The position numbers and the translations under genes are program-made. The notes under the pieces are model-generated. The model saw only the letters and a program-made list of their open reading frames with translations. It ran no database searches and was not told where the DNA came from. From an uncultured Acidobacteriota bacterium (GTDB taxonomy: Bacteria > Acidobacteriota > Vicinamibacteria > Vicinamibacterales > 2-12-FULL-66-21), in contig CAVVQQ010000003.1 of NCBI GenBank assembly GCA_963750475.1, positions 162,523-226,522 on the forward strand: a stretch of DNA of 64,000 bases, given 5' to 3'. Shown piece by piece: positions 20,028 to 30,341 of this stretch; the stretch's first letter is position 1, and every line of letters begins with the position of its first letter.

Positions 20028-20904
20028 CAGGCGCAACGGCCGGAGCCGACAGGTTGTGATCCTGCCCTTCCAGGTAGACCTGCCGCGCGTTTGGCAGTTT
20101 GCCGGCGACCATCGCGACGGCCTCTCTCAATGTGGCAGGACTCTTCGCTCCGCCCATGACCAGCGTCGGCACCACCATCTCAACGCCGGGCTTTTGCAAG
20201 ACCGACCAATTGTCCAGCAGCGCGAGATCGTATTCAAGCGTATGTGCGACGGACTTGTTCTTCGTCCACGATTTACGCATGACGATCGGCATCACCGTGA
20301 CAAAAGCGGCGGGTGCCTCATAGATGTTCGTCATGAAGAACCGGACCGCGCCGGCGCGATCGCCCCGGGACACAAGCTCGTTGAGATGTTGTCTCTGTGA
20401 CAGATACGACCGCGGACGACCGTTGTCCGCGATGAACGGCGGCTCGTACAACACAAGTCCGGAAAACCTGACGCCCGCCTCGACTGCCTGGAGGGCGAGG
20501 GCGCCACCCGACGAGATGCCGACCGCGAACGCGGAGCCGTGTGCCTCCTTCACCAGGGACCGGAGGTCCTCCACCTCACGCTCGGTGCCGTGGTGCGCCG
20601 AATCGCTGCTCGCGCCGCGGCCGCGCCGATCGTAGGTGAATACCGTGAAATGCTCGGCGAGAACCGACGCAAGCTGCGCCGCGGGACCGTTGTCGCGATA
20701 GCAGAACGCGCCGTCCACGATGATCAACGCCGGCCCAGTTCCGAGCGTTGTGTAGGCGATCTCGGTTCCGTCCGCCGACCTTACTGTTCCATTCATACCG
20801 ATCTCCCGTAACGGGTGTTGCCCGAAAGTGAGAACGAGGCTCGCGGCGAGCACGCACACGACCACGATGCACGCGCCGATCCCCGTTCGACGCCGCGACG
20901 TCAT
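19915..20904 (-). CDS. Alpha/beta hydrolase
   Basis: SADGTEIAY, YDRRGRGAS, GISSGG nucleophile elbow, GQDH. Confidence 0.88.
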   Translation of the reverse strand: MTSRRRTGIGACIVVVCVLAASLVLTFGQHPLREIGMNGTVRSADGTEIAYTTLGTGPALIIVDGAFCYRDNGPAAQLASVLAEHFTVFTYDRRGRGASSDSAHHGTEREVEDLRSLVKEAHGSAFAVGISSGGALALQAVEAGVRFSGLVLYEPPFIADNGRPRSYLSQRQHLNELVSRGDRAGAVRFFMTNIYEAPAAFVTVMPIVMRKSWTKNKSVAHTLEYDLALLDNWSVLQKPGVEMVVPTLVMGGAKSPATLREAVAMVAGKLPNARQVYLEGQDHNLSAPAVAPVIVDFFGSIAGGATARGSSSTSSRSVPRVLPHHRQAG

Positions 20905-21440
20905 CGCTGCTCCTGGTCCGCATCGCCCGATATGGTGTCCATCCCTGCGGCGAGGTACTCAGACAGGTTGTCGAGCGTTTGCATCGTTCCGAGATCGACG
21001 CGCATCTGGAGCAAGGCATCGCAATCCGCCTTTGATTGGCAGGTGATCGTCAGCGTCAATGTTGTCTGCCCTTCGTGCTCGCTGAAGACCAGCGTTCCGA
21101 CGGACTCGGCGCCCGAGGGCGCGACTCGGGTGGTGAATACGAGCCGTCGAGGCGGCTCGATCTCACGGTAGACGCCATCGAATGGGTGGACGGCTCCGTC
21201 CGGCCCGCTGTTCACGAAGCGGAACGCGCCGTTACGTCGCAAGTCGATTTCGCACACTGCGAGCGGTCTTCGGTTGGGATCCCACCACCGGGTGACGTGC
21301 TCAGGCTTCGTCCACGCGTCGAAGACAACCTCCCGAGGCGCGTCGAACACTCGCGTTATGACGATGTCGCGATCGGACGGCATGGCGACTGTCGCGCGAT
21401 TGATTCCGACCGCTCTCCTACCGTCGTTTCGTGCGTCCAC
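20901..21440 (-). CDS. SRPBCC/AHSA1 domain protein
   Basis: IVITRVFDAPREVVFDAWTKPEHVTRWW, YREIEPPRRLVFT. Confidence 0.9.
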   Translation of the reverse strand: MDARNDGRRAVGINRATVAMPSDRDIVITRVFDAPREVVFDAWTKPEHVTRWWDPNRRPLAVCEIDLRRNGAFRFVNSGPDGAVHPFDGVYREIEPPRRLVFTTRVAPSGAESVGTLVFSEHEGQTTLTLTITCQSKADCDALLQMRVDLGTMQTLDNLSEYLAAGMDTISGDADQEQR

Positions 21441-21786
21441 GGCCTTTCTCCTTTTTCGGCAGCTCGCTCAGGTAATCATCCAGGCTGGCGAACTTCTCTT
21501 CCCAGAGGCGCCGATACGATTCCAGCCAGTCGTCGATGCTCTTGAGTGGTGCGGCGACGAGCCGGCGGGGACGCCGCTGGGCATCGCGCCGGCGCGCAAT
21601 CAGGCCGGCGCGCTCGAGCACCTTGAGATGCTTGGAGATGGTCGGCTGGCTGAGCGCGAATGGCTTCGTGAGCTCGGACACATCCGCCTCGCCGGACGCC
21701 AAGCGAGCGAGAATGGCGCGTCTGGTGGGATCCGCCAGCGCCGCGAGGGCCGCGCTGAGTCGATCCGCAGCGGTGTTAATCGCCAT
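21418..21786 (-). CDS. ArsR/SmtB family regulator
   Basis: ALADPTRRAILARL, SQPTISKHLKVLERAGLI. Confidence 0.92.
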   Translation of the reverse strand: MAINTAADRLSAALAALADPTRRAILARLASGEADVSELTKPFALSQPTISKHLKVLERAGLIARRRDAQRRPRRLVAAPLKSIDDWLESYRRLWEEKFASLDDYLSELPKKEKGRGRTKRR

Positions 21787-21832
21787 ATGGCTATATTCGC
21801 AAATGGAAATGTATGTGTCAAGCGGCGAATTA

Positions 21833-22130
21833 ATGAAAGTTCGCTGCACCATGGCAATGCTGCAGTGTCTCGATCGGCCGCACCGCCTGGCGTACATCGT
21901 TGGCGAGATCCTCGACGTCTCGGGACCGGAGGCCGCGGAGATCCTGCAAATCACGTTTGACGCGTTTCGCAAGCAGTTGCAGCGCGCACGCGCAGAGGTG
22001 GTGGCGTTCACGCGCGCACATTGCGGGCTGGTGTCCGACGAGGCGGCGTGCGCATGTCACCGCCGCGTCAAAGCGGCCCGCGCTGCCGGGCGGGCTGATG
22101 AATCGCGTCTCGATTTTGCAAATCACGGGT
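21833..22130 (+). pseudogene. C-terminal fragment of an ECF sigma factor (region 4 plus Cys-rich tail)
   Basis: CTMAMLQCLDRPHRLAYIVGEILDVSGPEAAEIL...FRKQLQRAR...HCGLV...CACHRRV; region 2 absent. Confidence 0.7.
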
Positions 22131-22192
22131 CTCACGCGGGCGAGAGCGATCCTGGCGGGACAACGGATCCCTCAGGGTTCCCATGCCACTTC

Positions 22193-22392
22193 GGCGAAAT
22201 AGTGGCGAAGCGCTACCGATTTACGCCGCTTCTCGAATCAACCAGTTGCGGAAATCGTCCAGTACCGGCGAGCCACATCCATAACTCCAGTAGAAACAAC
22301 CGCTTACGTGGCGAGTTGTTTCCCGGTCTCCTCAGTGCCATTCCCACAGTCGTTCGTGAAGGGGCAGGCCGCACTGGACGATCCGCAACTGG
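22193..22392. repeat. Junction repeat copy 3 (complete, more diverged)
   Basis: IR-L 22242-22269; GAGCCA 22270-22275; AAACAACCGCTTA 22294-22306; right arm 22367-22392. Confidence 0.93.
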
Positions 22393-22542
22393 GTCCGATT
22401 AACCGAGCATCAGCATGCTTTCGAGCGCGTCGAACATTCCGCGCTCGTCATCAATTTCGGAATGCGAAGCGGTGAGTGCCCGCTACGTCTCGCAGCACTC
22501 GCCGATAGCCCGGAACTCAACATCGGTCTTCCTGTCGGAACG

Positions 22543-23403
22543 TTATCGTGTGCCCGTGAACCCACGCTTGGCCAAGGCGTCCCGTAGCGCGGCTAAGCTG
22601 TGTTCACAGGTGCCGGTGGCTTTTCCCTTCCGGTTCAGGGCTAGCGCGAGGGAACGCACGTTGGTGTTCCGCCGCGACAGGGCCATGATCTGAGCGTTCA
22701 GGACAACGAACCTGTCCAGGGCGGCGGTGGCTGCGGCGATCCGTGGTCGGGACGCGGGCTGCACGAGTGGCGCGAGCGTCTCCAACGCGGCCCGCGCAGC
22801 AGTCTCCGAGGTCGCCATCCCCTTCTCCATGCGCGTCATCACCGCATCGTCGGCTTCGGCGATGTGAGGTGCCTGCAGCACTTGCATTTCGCGCACGTTC
22901 GCCACCGCCGCGGCGACGAGCGCCTTCACCCGCCATGTGTCTTTCGCTGCGTCTGCGGGCGCGATGGATTCAAGAGAATCCCGGAACGCATCAGCAGCCT
23001 CCTGAGCAGGACCAAAAGAGAGTCGCTGCGCCTTCAAGTTCGTGTTTTCGACCGCGAGGTCGAGGATGCGGCGGTCCAGTTCGCGATACTCTGCGAACTG
23101 GCCGACGAACTCCTGCAATAGGCGGGCTTCATCAGAGAACTTGAGGCCTTGCAGAATCGGTCCCAACGCGTCGATGCTCTTCTGGGCCGCCAGCTTCGCC
23201 TGCTCTGCTTCGCGCGCGAACGCAACAGACGCTTCGTCGGTGTCGGCCATCACGGCTCGGTTTGACGTGTCGGCGGCCTTGGTGAATTGCACGAGAAGGT
23301 CTGCGGACAGCCGGCGCGCCTCCGACACCTGCTTCAATGCGCTGTCTACATCGCACCCGGCGGTCGCACCAACGAGCACCATCGTGAAGGCAATCGAGCG
23401 CAT
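22543..23403 (-). CDS. Four-helix-bundle (MCP ligand-binding-like) probable lipoprotein
   Basis: Hydrophobic N-terminus ending TAGC; two helical halves ending LAVENTN and LSRRNTN; no signalling domain. Confidence 0.6.
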   Translation of the reverse strand: MRSIAFTMVLVGATAGCDVDSALKQVSEARRLSADLLVQFTKAADTSNRAVMADTDEASVAFAREAEQAKLAAQKSIDALGPILQGLKFSDEARLLQEFVGQFAEYRELDRRILDLAVENTNLKAQRLSFGPAQEAADAFRDSLESIAPADAAKDTWRVKALVAAAVANVREMQVLQAPHIAEADDAVMTRMEKGMATSETAARAALETLAPLVQPASRPRIAAATAALDRFVVLNAQIMALSRRNTNVRSLALALNRKGKATGTCEHSLAALRDALAKRGFTGTR

Positions 23404-23478
23404 GGTTCCTCTGGCATGTGCCGAGGAAATGAGTCGAATCGGCGAGCCCGATGGCAACCGGAGCTTCACAACCGCACC

Positions 23479-24630
23479 TCACAAATACGAGTCAGTCAAC
23501 GGCACGACTTGGACAGCTGCATCCGGAACCGCACCGAGGAACCTGTCGAGCGTCGATCCACGCCAGAGCAGTTCCCACCGAGATCGCGCACTCTGTCCAA
23601 AAATGACGTGGGTCACCCCTTCGCGCTGGGCGAACGCGATCAGGCCATCAGCCGGTCGATCAGCTCGAACCCGAACGACCGTTGCCCCCAGACTTTCCGC
23701 GAGACGCGTATTCTGCTGTAGCGCATCTGAATCATGTGGGTTGATCCGATTCGGCTGTTCTCGTGGCGTTTCCACATACACGGCGTACCACCTCGACCCC
23801 AGCCGGCCAGCAATGCGGGCACCGGTCCTGATCACGCGCGGAGCCAGCGCATTTGAGCTCATGCAGACCATGACGCGCTCCGGAATCAGCGCGGGTTCCA
23901 AACCTTCTCGAGCTCGATAGCTCGCAGCCTTTTCGCCGACCTCGTCGGCGACGGCGCGCAGCGCCAGTTCGCGCAGCGTCGACAGATTCCCTTTGCGAAA
24001 GAAATTCGACAGCGCCTGCTCGACCTTCTCCGGCCGGTAGATCTTTCCTTCCCGCAGCCTGTTGCGCAGTTCCTCGACAGTGACGTCGACGTTGATCACT
24101 TCGTCGGCACGGTCAAGAAACGTGTCGGGAACCGTTTCTCGCACCCGCACCCCGGCTGTCCTGGCGACCGCATCGTTGAGAGTTTCGAGGTGCTGGATGT
24201 TCACCGCCGTCATCACATGAATGCCGGCATCCAGGATCTCGAGCACGTCTTCGTACCGCTTCGCACGCCGACTGCCAGGCACGTTCGTGTGCGCCAGTTC
24301 ATCGACGACACAGACTTGTGGCCTGCGGCGGACGATGGCGTCGACGTCCATCTCCTCCATCGTGACGCCGCGATATTCGACCTGTCGCCGAGGAATGATC
24401 TCGAGGTCCTTCAGTTGCGCTTCGGTATCACGACGCCGATAGGTCTCGACGTACCCGATGGCCACGTCCAGGCCGCGCGCTCGGAGCGCATGCGCCTCCT
24501 GCAACATTTCGTACGTCTTGCCCACGCCGGGTGCGGCGCCGACATAGATGCGCAAACGAGCCCGATCCTGCTCCTTGATGCGCGCTAACAGCGCGTCTGC
24601 CGTGGGTCGTTGTTCGGGCATTCTCGCCAT
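23479..24630 (-). CDS. kdpD: KdpD N-terminal sensor + USP domain (stand-alone)
   Basis: GAAPGVGKTYEML, VDELAHTN, NIQHLETLND, FFRKGNL; no TM or kinase domain. Confidence 0.92.
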   Translation of the reverse strand: MARMPEQRPTADALLARIKEQDRARLRIYVGAAPGVGKTYEMLQEAHALRARGLDVAIGYVETYRRRDTEAQLKDLEIIPRRQVEYRGVTMEEMDVDAIVRRRPQVCVVDELAHTNVPGSRRAKRYEDVLEILDAGIHVMTAVNIQHLETLNDAVARTAGVRVRETVPDTFLDRADEVINVDVTVEELRNRLREGKIYRPEKVEQALSNFFRKGNLSTLRELALRAVADEVGEKAASYRAREGLEPALIPERVMVCMSSNALAPRVIRTGARIAGRLGSRWYAVYVETPREQPNRINPHDSDALQQNTRLAESLGATVVRVRADRPADGLIAFAQREGVTHVIFGQSARSRWELLWRGSTLDRFLGAVPDAAVQVVPLTDSYL

Positions 24631-24648
24631 CCGCCACCCGGTTACTGC

Positions 24649-26691
24649 TCAGGCGAGACCGACCGCTGCCAGCACCATGTCGATCACCTTGATGGCGACA
24701 AACGGCAGCACAATCCCACCCAGACCATAGATCAGCATGTTTCGACGCAAGATCGCCGCAGCGCCGAGCGGCCTGTACGCGATCCCTTTCAATGCCAGCG
24801 GAATCAGCCCGATGATGATGACGGCATTGAAGATCACCGCCGAAAGAATGGCCGACTCTGGCGTCGCCAGTCGCATCACATTCAGTACGGCGAGCTGCGG
24901 AAACGCCAGGATGAACATCGCCGGGATGATGGCAAAGTACTTCGCCACGTCATTCGCAATCGAGAACGTCGTCAGGGCGCCGCGGGTCATGAGCAGCTGT
25001 TTGCCGATCTCTACGATCTCGATGAGCTTCGTTGGATTCGAGTCGAGATCGACCATGTTGCCCGCTTCTTTCGCGGCGGTCGTCCCGGTGTTCATCGCGA
25101 CGCCGACGTCAGCCTGTGCGAGTGCCGGGGCGTCGTTCGTACCGTCTCCGGTCATCGCCACGAGCTTCCCCTCGGCCTGTTCGCGCTTGATCAGCGTCAT
25201 CTTGTCTTCGGGTGTCGCCTGAGCGAGAAAGTCGTCCACCCCCGCTTCCTTGGCAATCGAGGCGGCCGTCAGCGGGTTGTCACCGGTGATCATCACCGTC
25301 TTGATGCCCATCGCTCGCAGGTGTGCGAACCGCTGCGGCATCCCTCCTTTCACGATGTCCCTGAGATTGACCACACCAAGAGGACGCAGCCGCTCGGCCA
25401 CAACGAGTGGCGTGCCGCCCGCGCGCGCGATCCGTTCGACGATTGTCTGCAGTTCCGGTGAGACGGTGCCGCCATTCGCCTTGACGTATGTGGCGACTGA
25501 GTCCGCGGCGCCCTTGCGGATCTCACGACCATCGAGGTCGATGCCCGACATTCGCGTTTGCGCGGTGAAGGCGACGAAGACGGCGTCCTTGTCCGACAAT
25601 TCACGTCCTCGGATGTGATACTTCTCCTTTGCCAGCACGACGATCGAACGGCCTTCAGGCGTTTCGTCGGCCAGGGAAGCCAGCTGCGCTGCGTCGGCAA
25701 GTTCGCCTTCGGTTACACCAGAGACCGGCACGAACTCGGTCGCCTGCCTGTTGCCGAGCGTAATCGTGCCTGTCTTGTCGAGCAGGAGGGTGTTCACATC
25801 GCCGGCCGCCTCGACGGCGCGTCCAGACATTGCCAGCACGTTGTGTTGGACTAGTCGATCCATGCCGGCGATGCCGATCGCTGAGATCAACGCGCCGATG
25901 GTCGTCGGAATCAGGCACACCAATAGCGCGATCAGAACGGGAATCGGGATCGCTGTTCCCGCATAGAGCGCGAACGGCTGCAGCGTCACGACGACCAGCA
26001 GGAACACCAGCGTGAGCACCGTCAGGAGGATGTTCAGCGCAATTTCGTTGGGGGCCTTCTGACGCTCGGCGCCCTCGACCAAGGCGATCATGCGATCCAA
26101 GAAGCTGTGCCCTGGATCCGATGTCACGCGAATCTTGATCCAGTCCGAGATGACACGTGTGCCGCCCGTTACGGCCGATCGGTCGCCACCGGATTCGCGG
26201 ATGACCGGCGCTGATTCGCCCGTGATCGCCGATTCGTCCACCGAGGCGACGCCTTCGACGATCTCGCCGTCGGCCGGGATGAATTCACCCGCATGCACCA
26301 TGACGACATCGTTCTTCCGGAGGCCCGCCGCGGGGACCTTGTCCATGCCGTTGGCGCCGGTGAGGCGGTTCGCGACCGTCTCGGTCCGCGTCCTTCTTAG
26401 CGTATCTGCCTGCGCCTTTCCGCGGCCTTCCGCCATCGCCTCGGCGAAGTTGGCGAACAGGACCGTAAACCAGAGCCAGAAGGCGACCTGTCCCGTGAAG
26501 AGCGGACGCCCAACGTCCGACGTCAGTTCCTGGATGAAGATGATCGTCGTGAGGAGGCTGCCCACCTCGACGATGAGCATCACGGGATTCTTGACCTGAA
26601 TCCGCGGATCGAGTTTCCGGAGCGAATCGACAACCGCCTGGCGAACGATCCCAGGATCCCAAATCGAGACGGTGCGTGCGCGTTCAGACAT
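24649..26691 (-). CDS. kdpB: K+-transporting ATPase subunit B
   Basis: [28 protein letters not shown]. Confidence 0.98.
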   Translation of the reverse strand: MSERARTVSIWDPGIVRQAVVDSLRKLDPRIQVKNPVMLIVEVGSLLTTIIFIQELTSDVGRPLFTGQVAFWLWFTVLFANFAEAMAEGRGKAQADTLRRTRTETVANRLTGANGMDKVPAAGLRKNDVVMVHAGEFIPADGEIVEGVASVDESAITGESAPVIRESGGDRSAVTGGTRVISDWIKIRVTSDPGHSFLDRMIALVEGAERQKAPNEIALNILLTVLTLVFLLVVVTLQPFALYAGTAIPIPVLIALLVCLIPTTIGALISAIGIAGMDRLVQHNVLAMSGRAVEAAGDVNTLLLDKTGTITLGNRQATEFVPVSGVTEGELADAAQLASLADETPEGRSIVVLAKEKYHIRGRELSDKDAVFVAFTAQTRMSGIDLDGREIRKGAADSVATYVKANGGTVSPELQTIVERIARAGGTPLVVAERLRPLGVVNLRDIVKGGMPQRFAHLRAMGIKTVMITGDNPLTAASIAKEAGVDDFLAQATPEDKMTLIKREQAEGKLVAMTGDGTNDAPALAQADVGVAMNTGTTAAKEAGNMVDLDSNPTKLIEIVEIGKQLLMTRGALTTFSIANDVAKYFAIIPAMFILAFPQLAVLNVMRLATPESAILSAVIFNAVIIIGLIPLALKGIAYRPLGAAAILRRNMLIYGLGGIVLPFVAIKVIDMVLAAVGLA

Positions 26692-26706
26692 GTGAGTTAT
26701 TCCCAA

Positions 26707-27300
26707 TTAGCGCCCCACGGCCGTCTTTCGCGGCCCGAGCGTCTCGTCGAGGGCGACGTTTAGTTCCAGGACGTTGATGCGCGCCCTGCCCAGAAACCCG
26801 AACGTTGGTTGCTCTGTGTGAGCCTGAATGAGATCACGCACGCGGCCGACCGATACGCCGCGGGCCGATGCGACCCGACTAGCCTGCACCGCCGCGGCGG
26901 CCGGAGGAATGTCCGGATCCAGGCCGCCCCCGCTGGCCGTCACCATCTCGGACGGCACTTGGGCGGCCGTCACGCCGTCCTGCTTCGTGATGACATCGAG
27001 GCGTTCCTGCACCGCCTTCAGATGGTCAGGGTTCGACGGCCCGTAGTTCGTGCCGCCAGTGGACGCCGCGTTGTAGTCCACGCCTGACGGGCGGGGCTGG
27101 AAGTATTCCGGCCGCGTGAATTTCTGCGCGATCAGCCGAGACCCGACGATGGTGCCGTCAGGCCGACGAATGAGGCTCCCTTCAGCCTGTGTGGGAAACG
27201 CCACGCGACCGATCGCCCAGAGGAAGACGTGGTATCCGCCCCCGATGAGCACCATCGTGACGATCGTGAACAGAATGGCTTGCTTGACTTCTTTGACCAT
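26707..27300 (-). CDS. kdpC: K+-transporting ATPase subunit C
   Basis: GSRLIAQKF, YFQPRPS, VTASGGGLDPDI, INVLELNVALD. Confidence 0.97.
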   Translation of the reverse strand: MVKEVKQAILFTIVTMVLIGGGYHVFLWAIGRVAFPTQAEGSLIRRPDGTIVGSRLIAQKFTRPEYFQPRPSGVDYNAASTGGTNYGPSNPDHLKAVQERLDVITKQDGVTAAQVPSEMVTASGGGLDPDIPPAAAAVQASRVASARGVSVGRVRDLIQAHTEQPTFGFLGRARINVLELNVALDETLGPRKTAVGR

Positions 27301-27311
27301 GATGCGCGCCC

Positions 27312-29021
27312 TTACCGCAGTGCCAGATGCTCGGCGATGGGGCCGAGCACGGCGACCGGCATGAACATGAGCAGGCCGAGAATGACGATCACGGCCCACA
27401 AGGTGAATCCAAACGTGCCGCTGTCAGCGCGCAGCGAGCCCGCGGTCTCGGGTGTTGCCGGCTTGGCGGCCAGCGCACCCGCCAGCGCCAGCGGCGCGAT
27501 GATCGGGATGTAACGGGAAAGCAGCATCACCACGCCGGTGCCGATATTCCAGAAAGGCGTGTTGTCGCCGAGTCCCTCGAAACCGGACCCGTTGTTGGCC
27601 GCCGCCGACGAGAACTCGTAGAGCATTTCCGAAAAGCCGTGCGCTCCGGGGTTCTTCAACCACGCGAGCGCCGAGGCCGGGTCTGCCGTCGTCGCCCAGA
27701 CATAGCAAGCGACGGCCGTGCCAACGAGAATCGCCAGCGGGTGCCAGAGCAACGCGAGGCTCGCGAGCTTCACCTCCTTGGCCTCAACCTTCTTGCCGAG
27801 GAACTCCGGAGTTCGGCCGATCATCATGCCGGCGATAAAGACGGCGACGATCACGAAGATGAGCATGTTGATGAAGCCGACGCCGACCCCGCCGAAGATG
27901 TTGTTGAGCCACATGCCGACGAGCGGCATCAATCCACCGAGCGGCGTCAGGGAGTCGTGCATGGCGTTGACGGAGCCATTAGATGTGACGGTTGTCGTGA
28001 CCGCCCACAGTGCGGACAGCCCAGCGCCGAAACGAATTTCTTTGCCCTCCATGGACCCCGTGGATTGATCGACGCCCATGGTCGAGATCGCGGCGTTACC
28101 ATGTGCTTCCTGCGCGACGCCAAAGACCACCATCGGGAGGTAGATCGCGAGCATCGTGGCGAAGATGACGACCGCCAAGCGTCGCCGGCTCACCGTGTAT
28201 CCGAGCGTCCAGACCATCGCCATCGGAATGATGCTGATGGACCAGGTCTCGACGAAGTTGGCGAGCGGCGTCGGATTCTCGTACGGGTGGGTCGAATTCG
28301 GTCCGAAATATCCTCCACCGTTCGTGCCCAGCTGCTTGATCGCGACTTCTGGTGCCACGACGCCACGGGCAATGATCTGTTCCTGACCTTCCACCGTGGT
28401 GGCCTTGACCGCTCCTTCGAATGTCATCGGCGTGCCCTGCCAAATCAGGATCGTGCCGACGAGCAGCGCGAGCGGAAGGAATACCCGGATCGTGGCTCGG
28501 GTGACGTCGACGTAGAAGTTCCCGAGGTGCGTCAGGCGATTGCCGGCCAGACCACGAATGGTCGCGATGCAGGCTGCCACGCCGGTCGCCGCGGTCACGA
28601 ACTGCAGGAAGGTAATGACGAACACCTGCGAGAGGTACGACAGGCCGGTCTCGCCGCTGTAGTGCTGCAGGTTCGTATTCGTGGTGAAACTCGAGATCGT
28701 GTTGAACGAGAGCGTCGGCTCCATGTTCGCGATGGCGTCAGGATTGAGCGGCAAGACCTTCTGAAGCGAGACGATCGCGAACGTCACCAGCCACATGGCG
28801 ATATTCGAGATCAACAGCGACACCGAGTAGCGCTTCCAATCCTGCTGTTGGGTGGGATCGACACCAGTCAAGCGCAGCACGAGTCCCTCGAGCGGAACGA
28901 AGACTGGATCCATTGCTGTCCGCCGCCCTGAAAACACGTGGAACATGTACTGCCCGAGCAGCAGGCTCGTGGCGATCGTGAACAGAATAGTGAAGCCGAC
29001 GGCGAAGTATTCCGTGCCCAT
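27312..29021 (-). CDS. kdpA: K+-transporting ATPase subunit A
   Basis: SFTTNTNLQHYSGE, KQLGTNGGG, SNGSVNAMHDS, NNGSGFEGL. Confidence 0.98.
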   Translation of the reverse strand: MGTEYFAVGFTILFTIATSLLLGQYMFHVFSGRRTAMDPVFVPLEGLVLRLTGVDPTQQQDWKRYSVSLLISNIAMWLVTFAIVSLQKVLPLNPDAIANMEPTLSFNTISSFTTNTNLQHYSGETGLSYLSQVFVITFLQFVTAATGVAACIATIRGLAGNRLTHLGNFYVDVTRATIRVFLPLALLVGTILIWQGTPMTFEGAVKATTVEGQEQIIARGVVAPEVAIKQLGTNGGGYFGPNSTHPYENPTPLANFVETWSISIIPMAMVWTLGYTVSRRRLAVVIFATMLAIYLPMVVFGVAQEAHGNAAISTMGVDQSTGSMEGKEIRFGAGLSALWAVTTTVTSNGSVNAMHDSLTPLGGLMPLVGMWLNNIFGGVGVGFINMLIFVIVAVFIAGMMIGRTPEFLGKKVEAKEVKLASLALLWHPLAILVGTAVACYVWATTADPASALAWLKNPGAHGFSEMLYEFSSAAANNGSGFEGLGDNTPFWNIGTGVVMLLSRYIPIIAPLALAGALAAKPATPETAGSLRADSGTFGFTLWAVIVILGLLMFMPVAVLGPIAEHLALR

Positions 29022-29029
29022 GGGATGCC

Positions 29030-29110
29030 TCAGAACTGCTCTGGGCGCAGCATCGCGTAGACGAGGTACACGAAGGCGGCGACGCTCAGGAGCAACGACA
29101 CAATAGTCAT
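29030..29110 (-). CDS. kdpF: KdpF (26 aa)
   Basis: MTIVSLLLSVAAFVYLVYAMLRPEQF*, hand-translated; typical YL..A.LRPE.F tail, directly before kdpA. Confidence 0.92.
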   Translation of the reverse strand: MTIVSLLLSVAAFVYLVYAMLRPEQF

Positions 29111-29118
29111 GGTGTCGC

Positions 29119-29202
29119 CTACACCCGATCACACAGCGTGACGAAGCCGAGCATCGCTGCGAACGTGGCCAGTCCGAGGACAATCATTTCCAGGAGTAAC
29201 AC
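29119..29202 (-). CDS. 27-aa hydrophobic peptide upstream of kdpF
   Basis: AGGAGG RBS, GTG start, MLLLEMIVLGLATFAAMLGFVTLCDRV*. Confidence 0.7.
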   Translation of the reverse strand: MLLLEMIVLGLATFAAMLGFVTLCDRV

Positions 29203-29630
29203 GTCAGACCTCCTATCAGGCGCCTTGCTTGTTGCCGAACCACCACACTCCGCCGATAAGCGGATTGGCCGATGTGATGGGGTATACGGAGTCGAGTCCT
29301 CTCTGAACGGATGTCATGAATCTCTGTCGCTGACGAGAACGAACCGCAGTTGCTTCGCAGTCGTGAGCGCGCATCTGGTCCCCTCCACCGTCGTCGCGAG
29401 AACGTGAACTGAGAGGCGGTCAGCCGGTGTGGGTGCTGCTCGGCCGTTCATGTACACAGCATAAGAAGGGCCGCCTGAGGTTGGGCCAAGGAGTGCCTGA
29501 AAAGTCCCTGAAGTTGGCGCGACGGGAAGTATCCCGCAGTGCTTTGGGCACTGGCGAGCGGCGAGCCAGTGGGTCGTGGATCGGGGATGGAGAGTCCTGC
29601 AGGTCGCGCAGGTTCCCGCCGCTGACTAGA

Positions 29631-30341
29631 TCAGGTCGGACTCCCCGAGTCGCCCGTCGCGAACCGGTAGCCGACCCAGGGTTCGCTCATCAGGTACTGC
29701 GGGTTAGCCGGATCCGGTTCGATCTTCTTTCGAAGTTGGGCCACCAGTGTCCACAAATGCTCGGTCTGTTCCACGGCGTTCGGACCCCAAATCGCTTTCA
29801 GGATCGAGCGATGCGTCAGCACGCGGTCATGATTGTGCGCCAGCAGCGAGAGGAGCTCGAATTCCTTGGGCGTCAACCGGATCTCTGTCCCGTGCCGAAG
29901 CACCCGCCGCCGGTCGTAGTCGATCGTCAGATCGCCGGCGCGGAACTGGCCACTCTCGGGGTCCTCTTCAGAAGCAACGCGGCGCAGCGCCACGCGGATG
30001 CGCGCGAGCAGTTCTTCCGGGCCGAATGGCTTGGTCACGTAGTCGTCCGCGCCGAGATCGAGCGCATTCACCTTGTCCGTCTCCGCACCTCGTGCGGAAA
30101 GGACGACAATTGGCACCTTGGAAGCAGCGCGGATGCGCCGGCAGAGCTCTGTCCCTTCCAGATCCGGGAGGCCTAAGTCGAGCACGACGAGGTCCGGCGT
30201 CTGGTCGGCGAACATCTTGAGCGCCTCCGCGCCAGTACCCACGATGTCGACGTCAAACCCGCGTGAGCGCAGGAGTGGACCCACAGCGCGCTGGATAGCG
30301 GTCTCATCGTCGACGAGCAGAATGCGGGATCGTCGTGTCAT
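29631..30341 (-). CDS. kdpE: KdpE response regulator
   Basis: ILLVDDE, LDLGLPD, GADDYVTKPF, LTPKEFELL, EPWVGYRF. Confidence 0.92.
   Translation of the reverse strand: MTRRSRILLVDDETAIQRAVGPLLRSRGFDVDIVGTGAEALKMFADQTPDLVVLDLGLPDLEGTELCRRIRAASKVPIVVLSARGAETDKVNALDLGADDYVTKPFGPEELLARIRVALRRVASEEDPESGQFRAGDLTIDYDRRRVLRHGTEIRLTPKEFELLSLLAHNHDRVLTHRSILKAIWGPNAVEQTEHLWTLVAQLRKKIEPDPANPQYLMSEPWVGYRFATGDSGSPT

Larger units (their letters stand above)
12629..22275. mobile_element. Cargo unit 3 (MocR regulator and small-enzyme cluster)
   Basis: Between GAGCCA cores of copies 2 and 3. Confidence 0.65.
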
